Shown: piece after piece, positions 1 through 12,444 of the stretch
How positions within the stretch are numbered: the first letter of the stretch is position 1
Layout of the letters: the number at the start of each line of letters is the position of its first letter
Assembly (NCBI GenBank): GCA_048013815.1
Contig: CM106586.1
Location: 12,276,001-12,340,000, forward strand
Source: Setoptus koraiensis
Lineage: Eukaryota; Animalia; Arthropoda
Length of the DNA: 64,000 bases
Direction of reading: 5' to 3'
Notes under the pieces: generated by a model
Databases searched by the model: none
Seen by the model: only the letters and a program-made list of their open reading frames with translations
What the model was told of the DNA's origin: nothing
Translations under genes and position numbers: made by a program

Positions 1-3000
1 AGCCATCGAAATCATTGATATCAACATAATAAGCACTATAATGAACATTAGAATTGAAATGGATACAATTAAATTATTGCCCAGTTGTCCTACTTGGCCG
101 CTGTTGGGGTCCGTGGCGCCCATGTTGCTGGCAATGTTGTTGGCGTTGCCGGCGTTTGTGGCCAGGGTGCCTATCGGCGAGTGGCCAGGCAGCGTGTAGT
201 TTTTATTATTATTATTGTTAATATTAGTATTATATTGTTGTTGCTGGTTAATATAATCTTGCGCTGCGGTACCTAGAAACTGACGATGATCTCTGGGATA
301 GGGATCGCGCTGGTTCGTTAGCAGCCAGGCGGGCAGCGAGCCCGCCGATATAATGGCGTCATTGTTGCTGCTGGCCTCATTTGTTGTTGTTGTTGTTGTT
401 GCTGTTGTCGGGCTTTGTTGAATGGCGCCGGTTGTTTGGCGCATTAGAGAATTCCAGAGTTTTCTACCAATGAGATGATTATCGTGGCCGCTGTGATGCC
501 GCTGCTGCAGCTCGTAATCAATTTGTGATTTAGAGCGTTGCTGTTGTTGTTGTTGCACCGTTTCCAACTGGTTCGCGGACGGGGGCGCCAATTCCGACAA
601 CTCCGCAGACAACCAACCAATTGGCTGCTGCTGCTGCTGATTAGATCGATCAGGGGTGGCCTCAATAGAGGACGACGACGGCGAGGATAAGCTATGCGGG
701 CTGTGACCATTCAAGTGGTGATGGCGATAAGCAGACAGCAGTTGCTTTGTTTCTATAGATGACGGGGCCCTTGCAGATAATGGCCAGCTTTGATAAGTGC
801 CACTGCCAGACAAATAAGTCGGCTGAATAGAGGAAGATGTAGATTGAGTTGGAACGCCGCCGCCGCCAGAATTATCCAGATAATCACCAGCGGCAGCATC
901 GTTAGGGGCGCCACTTGATTGGTGTTTGTCATCAGCGGCGATGCTGGCAGTGGCGCTGCTAATCCTATTGTGGTTGTTATTGTGGCTCATTTTACTTGTC
1001 GTGGTCGTTTTTGCAGCAGTTAGCTGGTGCTTGGCATTGTTGTTGGCGCTGTAATCACTATTATCACTATCGGTATCTATCATTCTGTTATTGGAAGTCG
1101 CTTGAAAAGAATACGAAGAGGAGCGCTCGTTGAAATTGCTGGAATTTGTCTCGGGTTGACTGTCACTGGCCGGGCTCGGGCTGGGGCTGGGGCCCGAAAG
1201 CTTCGAAAGATTATTACTGTTGTTGCTGTTATTATCATTATATCCCAATTTATCTCGATTTTCGCCAGACTCTGGCGTCCCGTGACCAGACTGGTCGGGC
1301 CCACTGTTGTGCCTCCAACTGGTCGGATTTGCCTGTTGTTGTTGCTGTTGTTGTTGGGCCGTTGTTGCTGGCCTGTCATGCTTGCCGTTATCTGGAGCAC
1401 CACTTGAGCCGAGCACAGAAAAATTGGGCGCTTGTTGTTGATCGACAATGTCGGACGACAATGTCATTATTGGCGAATCATCATCGTTATCATTGTTTGT
1501 GGTCGCTGTTGAATGCACTTGACCAGTTGCAGTGGACTGGCCCATCTCATTTAGATGAAAACTTTTGTCGTGGTTGTTGCACAACATGGCATGCCTATAA
1601 TCATAGCGATCCAATGACGCAATTGGTTTGTTTTGTAGCTCTAGTGGCTGCCGGCAGACAATATTATCGCTGTTGAATACAACGACATTGTTATTATTAT
1701 TATTATTATTATTGCCTTGTGTGACTGAATGCTGAACGCTCATGATGGGCTCATTTATTTGGCCCAACAAATTAGTGCCGGCCTGAATATATTGAGAATA
1801 AATAGGCATAAATTGACGCTGATATTGTTCGTCGTTCATTTGGGGCGTCTGTCTCCTCGGGACCCTTCGCAGCATCTTGTGCAGCCACCAGAGGTCGCAA
1901 GTGCAATTGAACGGGTTATTTGTTATGTCGAGAAAGTGCAATTGGGACCAGGGAAACAGTTTATCACTTAAATGGGACAATTGATTGTTTCGCAACGACA
2001 AAAACTTTAAACTCTCAAAAGTGGGCCCGCTGCCAAGCTGCTTAGTGTGGCCGTCGGGTGTCACTGTTGCTGTCGTTGATGGCGATGGTGACAAGAAAAT
2101 TGTTGACAATTGAATGTTTGATTCAATGCTCAAATGAGTGAGATTTTTTGTGCCATCCTCGTCGAACGCTCTCAAATCTATGTATTTCAGCAAGGCCTGA
2201 TAATTGATCGATAGGCGCTCCAGTGATTTAAGTCCCTTCAATGCGCCCGCCTCGATAAATTCCAAAAGATTCTCATTGAGAATCAATTGGCGCAAATCAA
2301 TCATCTTGCCCAAGCTCGTTTGAGGTATTTGGCGCATTTCATTCGAGCTGAGATTCACTATTTTCAAATGTCTAGAAGATTCTAAATCAATGGCTGAGTC
2401 GCTTATGTAAGACAACTGACACGAGTCTAAGTATAGCTCCTCTAGTTGTGCCAGTGCCACTATTGAATTGGCTGGCAGCGTCTCTTGCGAGCCATAATCC
2501 GTGCCTAGGGGGTTCTGGCCCAAATCCAACAGTTTCAGTGTTATGAGCGGGCCCAATTTGAATGCTTCGCTAGGCACTCGTTTCAGTCTGTTCTGGCGCA
2601 ATCGAAGCTGTTGCAAGCCTATCAGGCCCACCAGTGAATTTGAATTCATATGATATATCATATTGTCGGATAAATCTAATATTTTCAGGCTCACTAATCC
2701 GAGAAAAGCGTGCATTTGAATGCGTTGCAATTTGTTACCTCTCAAATGTAACTCGTGCAATTGTGTCAATTCCAAGAAGGCCGGCTCGTACTGTTGTTGC
2801 AAATTTGAATTTGTTGCAGTTGCTGCAATATCATTGTTCATCACTTCCGGTTGCTGCTGTCTGACGGTCCACGGCGCATCGCCCGACACTTCCTGGCTTG
2901 TTGTCGTGTCAACATGACCAGGGGCCGTATTTAGATGCGCGTGCTTAGAGTTGGAGCTCAGTTGCAGCAGTTGGCCCAATTGCTCTATGCGATTGTCGTT

Positions 3001-3342
3001 TAAATTGAGATATTGTAACTTTTTCAAATTGTTGAAATTCTTTGCCTCAACCATTTGCAGTTGATTGTTGTGCAAATCTAACAATTCCAATTGCTGATAC
3101 ACTGTTAGCGACGTTGTGAGACTTCTCAATTGTAACGATGTCAGCGACAATTGCTTCAATAAGGGATTCAACGTTAACGGTATAACATTGAGATTTTGCA
3201 CAAGACTACAGTTGGTGGTGAGGCGCTGATTATCACATTGGCATTTGGACGGACAAAAGCAATTGACCTGTTTAATTAGGCCACTTGGATGATTGATTAG
3301 TATAGACGCTAGTAGAAAAATTGTGCCCATTAGCGGGGCCAT
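1..3342 (-). CDS. trn/caps: Tartan/Capricious-like leucine-rich-repeat transmembrane protein, 3'-partial (>1114 aa, apparently intronless here)
   Basis: Manual translation from ATG 3342: hydrophobic leader MAPLMGTIFLLASILI; LRRNT FCPSKCQCDNQRLTTNC...VIPLTLNP (cf. the Trn/Caps IPITLNP motif); many LxxLxLxxN repeats (LELLDLHNNQL, LQYLNLNDNRI, LHELHLRGNKL, LKILDLSDNMI); LRRCT NPFNCTCDLWWL...IVCRQPLEL; long S/T/N/Q-rich stalk; TM segment LIVSISILMFIIVLIMLISMISMA at the window edge. Not in the ORF track because there is no stop inside the window. Confidence 0.88.
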   Translation of the reverse strand, partial: MAPLMGTIFLLASILINHPSGLIKQVNCFCPSKCQCDNQRLTTNCSLVQNLNVIPLTLNPLLKQLSLTSLQLRSLTTSLTVYQQLELLDLHNNQLQMVEAKNFNNLKKLQYLNLNDNRIEQLGQLLQLSSNSKHAHLNTAPGHVDTTTSQEVSGDAPWTVRQQQPEVMNNDIAATATNSNLQQQYEPAFLELTQLHELHLRGNKLQRIQMHAFLGLVSLKILDLSDNMIYHMNSNSLVGLIGLQQLRLRQNRLKRVPSEAFKLGPLITLKLLDLGQNPLGTDYGSQETLPANSIVALAQLEELYLDSCQLSYISDSAIDLESSRHLKIVNLSSNEMRQIPQTSLGKMIDLRQLILNENLLEFIEAGALKGLKSLERLSINYQALLKYIDLRAFDEDGTKNLTHLSIESNIQLSTIFLSPSPSTTATVTPDGHTKQLGSGPTFESLKFLSLRNNQLSHLSDKLFPWSQLHFLDITNNPFNCTCDLWWLHKMLRRVPRRQTPQMNDEQYQRQFMPIYSQYIQAGTNLLGQINEPIMSVQHSVTQGNNNNNNNNNVVVFNSDNIVCRQPLELQNKPIASLDRYDYRHAMLCNNHDKSFHLNEMGQSTATGQVHSTATTNNDNDDDSPIMTLSSDIVDQQQAPNFSVLGSSGAPDNGKHDRPATTAQQQQQQQQANPTSWRHNSGPDQSGHGTPESGENRDKLGYNDNNSNNSNNLSKLSGPSPSPSPASDSQPETNSSNFNERSSSYSFQATSNNRMIDTDSDNSDYSANNNAKHQLTAAKTTTTSKMSHNNNHNRISSATASIAADDKHQSSGAPNDAAAGDYLDNSGGGGVPTQSTSSSIQPTYLSGSGTYQSWPLSARAPSSIETKQLLSAYRHHHLNGHSPHSLSSPSSSSIEATPDRSNQQQQQPIGWLSAELSELAPPSANQLETVQQQQQQRSKSQIDYELQQRHHSGHDNHLIGRKLWNSLMRQTTGAIQQSPTTATTTTTTNEASSNNDAIISAGSLPAWLLTNQRDPYPRDHRQFLGTAAQDYINQQQQYNTNINNNNNKNYTLPGHSPIGTLATNAGNANNIASNMGATDPNSGQVGQLGNNLIVSISILMFIIVLIMLISMISMA

Positions 3343-4726
3343 CAATTTGACTTTTGGCCGAAACCTCTGTCTGGGCGAGGATTGAATTTCGACACTTTGC
3401 TGGGGCACATTTTGTTTGTTGTGTTGTGTTGTGTTGTTATCATAGATGGGCGATGATGGCATGTAATCGTGATCACAAATTGCATAGTGTAACTGGCTTT
3501 TTCTATTCAATTGAAGAAACTTGCTTGAATAACACAATAGTAATAATAATAATCTCAATATGGCCACGAACCATTTATGTGGTCTGGCAGCGAAACCAGA
3601 GAGCACCGTTTCCGGTTTGTGTTGCAAGTCTGGCGGTTTCAGCTGTTTGAATCTTTCTTGATTGTCGTCGTCGTGCAACAACAATCCATGCCGAAGCGCC
3701 GACAAGTGAGCGTTTACGAGCGACGCCATTTTTGATTTGACTTGGACCTGTTCGGATAGCGAACAGGAAATCGATTGGAGCGGATTTTGTGTGAACTGTG
3801 ACAATTGTGAATACGAAAAGGGATTTTGTTCTGTTTGCTGTTTGCCAGGGCCGCTGTTAACCGCGCACTGATGGCCCATTTTGTTGGGGCGCGCTGAATG
3901 TGAAGAAATGTGGTCAATGTTGGCTGTGACTTGTTGTGTTTTTCATTACCATAAATAAATCTTGCCGCTTCAATGGATCGCTGGATCGCAAACAAATCAA
4001 AACGCTGTAAATCACGGCCAGCGATATCTGGCGGCTGTATCGGCTATCTGGCGGCCGGTTACATTGCTCTCGAGCTTTGAGATGATTTACGACTGGAGCT
4101 TTGTTACTTACGGAGCGCGCGCGAGCAAAGTTCAAAAAATTGTTTGCCCGTTTGTTTTCGTTTCGTTTCGTCTTGTTGTGTTCGCTTGTGGCCGCTTGCA
4201 ATCGTGCAATTGTGAGATATCTCGTTGTAATTGCTGGTAATTAATGAGCTTTGCTTATGTTCGTGTTTTGGGGCTTTGATTGTGTGCGATGGTGCGACTG
4301 AATTTGCAATTCTGAGCAACTCTATGCGGTTGCAAGTTGCAGCGGACGGACAGATATTTGCTTGCTATATTTCGGGGAGAATATTTTTGGCATTGTTGTT
4401 GTTGTTGTTGTTTTGGTTGTTTTGGTTGTTTCGAGTATCTGGGCTGGACTTGTGTTGCGTGTTGCGCTTCATTTATCTTGTGTGTGTTGTTGTTGACTTG
4501 TGGCTTTGATTTTAAATGCGAAAGATGATAAATTGAAATGTAATGTCATAATGGATTTCAATGGAAGTGCTGTTTGCATTGGCGCGACGTTGTTGCCTTG
4601 CAGCGGCGGCGGCGGCGGATGTGGAAACAAGTTTTCAAGAAGTTTCTCAAGTTGTCGGTTGGCAAGTTTGCAAGTTGTAAGTTGGCGAGTTTGTCAATAT
4701 CGGTCGGCTGGCGAGCGGTCGCAGCG

Positions 4727-4768
4727 CTTGGTCACTAGCACTTGGTCACTAGCACTTGGTCACCAGCA
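4727..4768. repeat. 14-bp tandem repeat x3 (cttggtcactagca)
   Basis: Read directly; the third copy has one substitution. Confidence 0.9.
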
Positions 4769-7260
4769 CCGATTTACGGCCGATTCGCAGCGAAAGTGTG
4801 GGCGTGAGTGAATTATTGTTCGCGTTCGAAGCCAATTGGATTAAGCTGGAGCTGGCAGTGGCGAGCGACTACGACGAGGAATAAATTTCTTTTCATTGTG
4901 TGTGACAGTAGTAGTTTAAAGTGCCATCTCTGGCGGCCAGATAATTCAAATTGATTCTTTGTTGCCGTTGTTGCCCTCGTTGCCTTTGTTGGCTTTGTCG
5001 CGACGGGCGCTGGCCGCTGGCCAAATGATCGATGCGCACTATCAGTCGACCGGCGCGTCACCTGTTATGTGAGGCCCCAGAATTGTCTCTATGTAACACC
5101 GATGTGTATGTAGATGGTTGCCCTGGTGGAGAGTGTTGGCGCCAAACTGCTTGGCACGTTCAATAGATCATATGGTGGTGATTTGTTGTTGGCGCTTGAT
5201 CTCAAGTGTGTTGGTTGTTTTTTGTTGTTTCGCTGGGCCCAGCAGTTGTTTTCTTTTATCTGTTGTGCGCCGAGGGTCGCTGCTGGCTATTGTTGGCCTA
5301 TGTGTGTGTGCTGTTGCACTTGTTCTCACTGTGTTTTCGGGCGATTTTCGGCCTCTTCGGGCCTCTTCTTTTTGTGCACGTTGCGTGTGTTATCTGTTTT
5401 GGGGGGCGCGCGAATTGTTGTGAGTGAATTCTCATATAGTTGCCAGTCAGTTGTTTGCGAGTTGTTTGCTAGTTCTTCGCGAGTTCTTTGCGACTTCTCG
5501 CCCAGTGTTTGCGTGTCTCTCGAGAACAAAATGACGCGCTTGCAAAAGCGCAAAGAGTCAGCCCGAGGACAGAAGACAAGTAATAGATCGCAGTCTCAGC
5601 TCTCAATCTGAATCTCAATATGATTGATTATGATGACGACCACCACTAGTAACGACGTGTGTTGTACGACCATCGACGCTTCATGCTGATGATGGCCCCG
5701 TCGATGGGCGCCGTTCAAGCGTTGTAAGCCGCTTCTGTTCGCTAAGAGTGTAAGCACAAGTTTTGTTGTTACGTAACACAGTAGCACAGATTTAGTAGTA
5801 GTAGTATTTTGGGCAGTATTTTGTATTATTGTAACTGTGTGCCACAACGATGACCGGTCACAATGTTGCTGCTATCGCTGTGCTGATGATGCGCTGTATA
5901 GTATGCGCAGCGCTTATACCTTGTTGTTGCGTTGTTTGGGCCCCTTTTTAATGGTCAGCGACGTGGGGCCAGCGACAAGTGCGACAGTGCTATGCAAACG
6001 ATTTATTTGTATCTGTTCGCAGCATTGCAGCAGCCGATTTTATCGGGATGTTGGCTCGGCGCGGATGATAAGCGCGATATATGTTAGATAGTAACAGATA
6101 GTTGTGATTTGTGATGCTTGCGATATTCACTATCTCGAGCTGTCAGACTATTTGTGCGACGACGCCATTCCATTAGACACTGGCCAATTTCTTTCTGTTG
6201 TCGCTGACTTCTTTTTCTTTTTCTTCTTCTTGCGACTATTGATTATAGATTAATTCGGGCCAGCACCCACACACGGCCCCATTTCACCTGGCTGCATGTG
6301 TGTGAAGGTGATGTGTCGAGGTGAACCACATTGCTTTTTTACACATTGTGCACGCCATTAACTCACGCCAGATCGAGCCACACGTCCCGGCGACAAACGG
6401 CAACTGCTGTCGCTACTGCTGCTGCTGCTGCTGCTGCAACGGGATTACGTAAGTGCCCGAGATTGAGTTGGCAGCGCAACGCTAATGTAACTCGGCTCAC
6501 GGCTCGCCTTTTGCAGTGCGCTCAAGTGTCAAAAATGTTTTTTGTTTCTATTTCGCTGTCGGCTGTTCGCTGGCTCGCCGCCACTCAATATCGCACAAAC
6601 ATCTGCTTATGTCACAACTGCTCTCAGTCGCTTCTTTCACTTCCTCTTTGGCTGCCACTTTGGCCGTGCTTTTGGCTTGCGTTTTTGCGTCTCTCAAATT
6701 GAGAGTCTCGATGCTGTCGCACGATGAATAGCGCGATAATAGGATGAATGCGATGATACGACGATACGGTGAATGCGATATTACGCAAATTGCGGATTGC
6801 TCGCCGCCGACGACGACGACGACGACACGATCACAGAGACGATGTGCTAACGATATATATTGTTAGCGGATATTGTTATAACGCCGTCTGATTGGCCCCC
6901 TTCGAGTGCCAGTCAGTCGCGCAGCATTTATATTTATATCTGGCGCCTCACCAAGCGATTTATCTGCTTTTTTGGGCGGCTTTGTGTGGGCTGCACCTGT
7001 TATAGTTTCACTTTGTCAATTTTGATGCTCAAATGGCACTCAAATGCAACTTAGCGCGGCCAATTTGCGCTACCTCTAGCCAAGCATAACTAATGCCAAA
7101 TTAATGGTGCATATTACTGGCCGCTATTGAATATTTTGATTCAAATATCTGATGATGATCGCTTGCCCGAGACTCTTCTTTTGTCTCTCGCGCCAATGCG
7201 ATTCGTCTTGTTTTTGTTGTCTTTTTGTTGTCTTTTTGTTGTTCTGGCTGCTATCTGTTC

Positions 7261-7312
7261 GCTGTTCCACGGCTGTTCCACGGCTGCTCTACGGCTGCTC
7301 TACGGCTGTTCT
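7261..7312. repeat. 11-bp tandem repeat x~5 (gctgttccacg / gctgctctacg)
   Basis: Read directly. Confidence 0.85.
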
Positions 7313-7791
7313 GCCCACTGTTGGGGCCAACTGTCGCTGCTGATGCTGTTGCGTAAATGTGCGAATAGCCGATACGCGCTCGCTTAGCTGACAGTTTTAG
7401 TTATGACGCAACAACAACAACGACAACGACAACGACAACATGCAATACAACACAATGCAACAACTGCAAACACACTGCGACTGTGTGACAATTTGCCTTT
7501 GTTGACCGTTGCCGTTTCGCCAAATATTCGCCAGCACAACGCAAAACAACGAAAGCGGAAACTAAGCCGGCCCCCACTCCCATTCTGTGCCTGCGCCCTG
7601 ACTGATCCGACTCGTAACTCGCTCACTGTGCACTCATACCGTTGGGCTCACCAATGGCAATACCGCCACCAGCAAGGTATGCGCAAAAGGGTGCAAATTG
7701 TGCAAATGGTTGCGTTGCGCCGGCGCACCAACTTGACGTTGTTCCGTTGCTGTGAGTTACGTCACCGATGTCCGAGCGTCTTGGGCCGCGC

Positions 7792-7834
7792 GCAAACAAT
7801 CTGCGAACAATCTGCAAACAATCTGCAAACAATC
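7792..7834. repeat. 11-bp tandem repeat x4 (gcaaacaatct)
   Basis: Read directly. Confidence 0.85.
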
Positions 7835-7857
7835 GATGTCGATCACCGCTCCGCTCG

Positions 7858-7972
7858 GGCCCGCTGTTCATCGGGCCCGATAAACAGCGGCCCGATAAAC
7901 AGCGGCCCGATGAACAGCGGGCCGGACAAATAGCGGCCCGATTAGCAGCGGGCCGGATAAATGGCGGGCCGG
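7858..7972. repeat. 15-bp unit array (ggcccgataaacagc) with first unit inverted
   Basis: 7858-7877 ggcccgctgttcatcgggcc is the exact reverse complement of 7904-7923; about six direct, progressively degenerate copies run from 7874 onward. Confidence 0.85.
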
Positions 7973-10900
7973 CCAGCAAACATCAAGCAAACTGTGCTGT
8001 CGTGTAGCGTGTAGTAAGTGTTTTAAATTTAACTTAATCGCGTCGGACACAAACAACTGACTGCGAATAAGCGATCGCGAACAATGATTCCTCTCATCTG
8101 GCTCGATTTGATATGATAATGATGCCGGCCAGCTGACTGACTGACTGGCAGCGCGAGATATGTTTTGCTTAATACAACTGCAATCAATCATAGAGGGGGC
8201 ATCTCTCAAAAGTTTGCCCAGTGTCTCTTATCGGCGCCGATGTGTAACTTGCAAGATAAACAACTGGCGGCCGTTTTGGTCGCTACTCGCTGCCGAAGCC
8301 AAGTGGGCCCAGTCGACATCACATGAGAGCATCACATGAGCACATCACATAACAACAACATCTCGTGATACAGCATGCGAGAGGGGCCCGCCGTTAATGA
8401 AATGAACGCCAGACGCAATCATATTGAGCAAACAAACTGCCGCTCTCACAGTGAGTCTCACTTTATTTTTATCCACTCTGCTGTCTAGTCCGTCTCGTTC
8501 ACACGATATTGGGGCCGGCGTGTTCAGTTGCGAGCAGCGCCTCTATGCACGATGGCGTCTGGGCAAAAACAACAGCGATTTGATGCACTTGATCAATGAG
8601 CTGCAATTGCCATTTCCACTGGCTGCCATGACACAATAAACACTTGCGAGGCTTGCGGAAATTCGCCGGGCTCGCGCCGCTGCTGGGAGCCCCGATCGAT
8701 CGGATCATTAGCGCATGTGTGGCGCTCAGATATCGAGCATATCCGATATTGAGCACATCGCCTCGCTGTTTATATTTTGCACATTATATGTTATTATGTA
8801 TAATGTTATTATGTATAATATACCTCGGCCGGAATGTCGAGATATCGCGTTGGCTGACAAGCGTCGCGCACACTGCCAATTACACAAAGATGGAATGTTG
8901 TTGCTCCGGTCGCTGGCGATCATCAAAGATGCAAATTTGCAAATTGGCGCTTCAGTTTGTTGGCAGTTTGTTTGCATTGCTCACAGCGCTCGGTGGGCCG
9001 CTCGACGATAGCGAGGCGCGAAACAACAACATAAACACAAGCGAAACAACGCCAGAAACATGAGCGAAACAACGACAGAAATACAAACGAAACAGCATGA
9101 AATATACGCGACAACGTGAAACACGGAACAACAAACAGCTCGCAAGGGCCGGCGCGAAACGAGATTATAAATTTGACAAGTCGCTCTAATCAGCTGCGCA
9201 TCTCTGTTGGCAGCATTAATTGATTGGCGATTTCGAATGATTCGCGGTGCTTGTGGCGACGGTTCAAGGTCTGCGCCCTCGATGTTTGCAAAATTGTGTG
9301 GCTGCGCCGGCGTGCCACACAATTTTGCGGCGACCCCAAAAGCCCGAGCTGACACAATGTTATCGCTGGCACTGACATTATCGGCGACATCAGCGAGCAA
9401 TGCAAACTGGCGAGCATTATCGCTACAAAACGGAAGTGGCGAGCGTTGCGTGTTGCGTTGCATTATTGTAAATATTGATAGTAGTTTGTGCGAGTGTGTG
9501 TGTGTGTGTGTGAATATTATTAAAATCGTATCATAAACACAAACGACGTCGTCTACAAGCATACATATTCATGCAAAGTCAGACGCCAGGCAGCTGCCAG
9601 TTGAATTGTAGCGATTCGCATGGCGAGTCGCTCAACGATCCGCTCGGCTCGCCCAGAATCTAGACGTTAATCAAAGCCCGAGCGCATATTTAGATTTGCT
9701 TGGTCGCTATCGCGCCGCCGCCGCCGCCATACTTAATCATATGCGACTATGCGAGTATCCGAGCCAAATATCCGAGCGGCCCGACTTGAGCCGACTGTCT
9801 GGATGTGGATAAGATGCCCGAGTCAGATAGGGCCGTCGCGTTATGGCATAATGCTCGCCGCGGCGACATGAACACATGAAAATATATCTGCGTGCGGCAT
9901 ATGTCGTTGGGGCCCGCGCTGAGACGGATGGCGGCGAGTCGCGGCGATACAAGCATTTGATGCAAGGACACACACATATATATATATTGAGCAATTGTAT
10001 TATTCAAATAACTTTTCAATCTAATATCGTGTCATCTTTGCGTGTTGGCTGCGAGCGCGCTGCAACTCGCCACTTGCGACCTCTGCGCAAGTGGGGCCCG
10101 CGCTGGGGCCCGCGCCAGTTTTATTGTGCGCCGCACAATTGTCAAATGGAAATAGAGAGTGGCCAAGCGAAACCGAGCAGATACATTTTATGTTGCTGCT
10201 GCTGCTGTGACGCTTATCCGCTGCTGGCCCCGTTTGCACACACAAACAGATTGAATGGACACAAACACTGACTGACAATGGCGCGCCAACGCCAGCAACA
10301 ATCACAGTGTGTCTACAAGTATTTACAATCGGATATATATCTAAATCGAATAATCGCGCCACTGTCACACAACATTACGTAACAACCAATATAACTGCCA
10401 CTGCTGTCGTTGCTTGCCAGCGCCAGCGCCCGTGCCAGCGCCAGTGCAACAAATAAGAAAAGAAATCAAATCTAAAATGTTGCTTGTTTGTTTGCATTAG
10501 TCGTCTTACTTTGTTAGTTTGTCTGGCCCCATACTGGCCCGCCGCGGCACGAGCCGGCTAATAGCGAGTAGCTATTCAAATGAAACGCAAGCCAGCCGGC
10601 CCAAAGTGAAACTCGTTCGCTTCGTTTCTCGTCGGCCGCGTTGCGTAACTGCAACAACGCCTCCCTGTGGCCGTCTGCTTAGGCTCGCTTCCGACTGGCG
10701 TGCGCTCAAATTGACTGACTCCGGCTGAACGCGGCGCCGTGTCAACGAGACTTCTCACTTATTACAAGCAGCGGCAGCTGAAACGCACAGCGGCTAACAG
10801 TTTTTATTCGGCTCTCGTCGGGGCCCCAAAACGCGACCGAAACTGCGACTCGAACAGTTTGTCAGCGATACGACGATTAGCGCACAAGAAAAACCTTTTA

Positions 10901-11638
10901 CTTGTGTGCCTCACAAACACACACAAATAGCCGGATAATGCTCGCTCTTTATAATTCGCTGGGCCCGACGCGACTAACAAGAGATTAGATACGCGCACAA
11001 TCTAGTTTTGTCCTTAGTTTTCCATTCTTACATGTGTGTGTGTGTGTGTGTGTTTAGATTTGATTGGATTGGATAAAATTGGATCGAATGGGATTATTTT
11101 CTCGGCTTGGGTAACGCTGGGCACCGGCCAGCGCCGATCGCAGTGTCGAGCCGTTGGGCAAACTTTGCATTCGGCTTGGACAATGACGATGATTACCGTT
11201 ACTTGGCGCTTGATTATGGCTGCTGTAAGCGACGCCGGCGCACGATGCCAATTTGTGGACATTTTTAAGCGGCCCCCATCGAGCTTAACCACCGACGCAA
11301 ACAACAAACGGCAACCAACAACCAACAAGCGGCTAACGACCGCCGACCACCGACAAACAACAACAACCGACCGAGCTTATGAAACTAGCTAGTTTAAACT
11401 TGAAACTTTGCCCAAAAAACAAACCACCGGCAGTTACATAAACTGTGCGCCGGCCATAACAACAATATCGCACACACACAGTCGGTCGCATCAAATTGTT
11501 TCAACCACTTTGCATCGCAGCTAACAGTATGCTCGCGTATTGTTGTTGTTGTTGTTGTTGTCGTTGCGTAATCGTGACACCATCTATTTCACTTTGGCCA
11601 TTGCGTCATAGATGCGTTGTATCATACAACGCTTGTAT

Positions 11639-11676
<38 letters not shown>

Positions 11677-12444
11677 CAACAATTCCAAGTCGTAATCTAA
11701 TCGCTGTGCGCCATTTGTATACAAACTGAAACGCACAAGCGCTTGCTCGCATGGGGCCGCTCGGCCGCGGGCAGCGCGTGCAAGCACGTGCTTAATCGCT
11801 GGCGGTTGTTTGTTGTTCGCCATCAAATACTGTTTGTTTGTCAGTTATCAGTTGTGTCGTGTCTCCTCTATTCTCTTCCTCTGTTGACTTATCCATCTAT
11901 CGCTGGCCCTAACGCGTTCCATCCAGCCCAAACCAGTATCATGCGCCCCCACCAATATTTAGCCCCCAAATGACTGCTCGTTCGTCTCATATCCGCTTTA
12001 AATCGCATTTGTTTGCACCTTCGCTCCTCTTGTCGTTGTTGATGCGCTTAACCGGTCCGAAACAACAAGCGGCTTGTAAGCGCTCAAAATGGACGCTCGA
12101 ATGCTGGCGATTATTATTATTATTATTATCGCTCACCAGGATAATAATACGCTATAGCGAATAGGCAAACATCAACTACTTATAACGAATACGTATACAA
12201 CGACTGACGGCTTGTTGTGCGCCGTGAATCATTCACTCGATTCGCCGCCATTCGACAATTCATTATTGTTGTTGCTTGTCTCTTTTTTGGTGGTCATTAA
12301 TTTTTTTTCTCTCTCTCTTCATTATTATCATCCATGCCCCCACTCGAACGCTGCAGGCTGTCTGCGGTTCCCACACTCGCTTCGTTTGGCCCCCTTTGCA
12401 CACTCTCCGGCATCCGTCTCCGGGCCACCAGTTACTCAGTCGAC

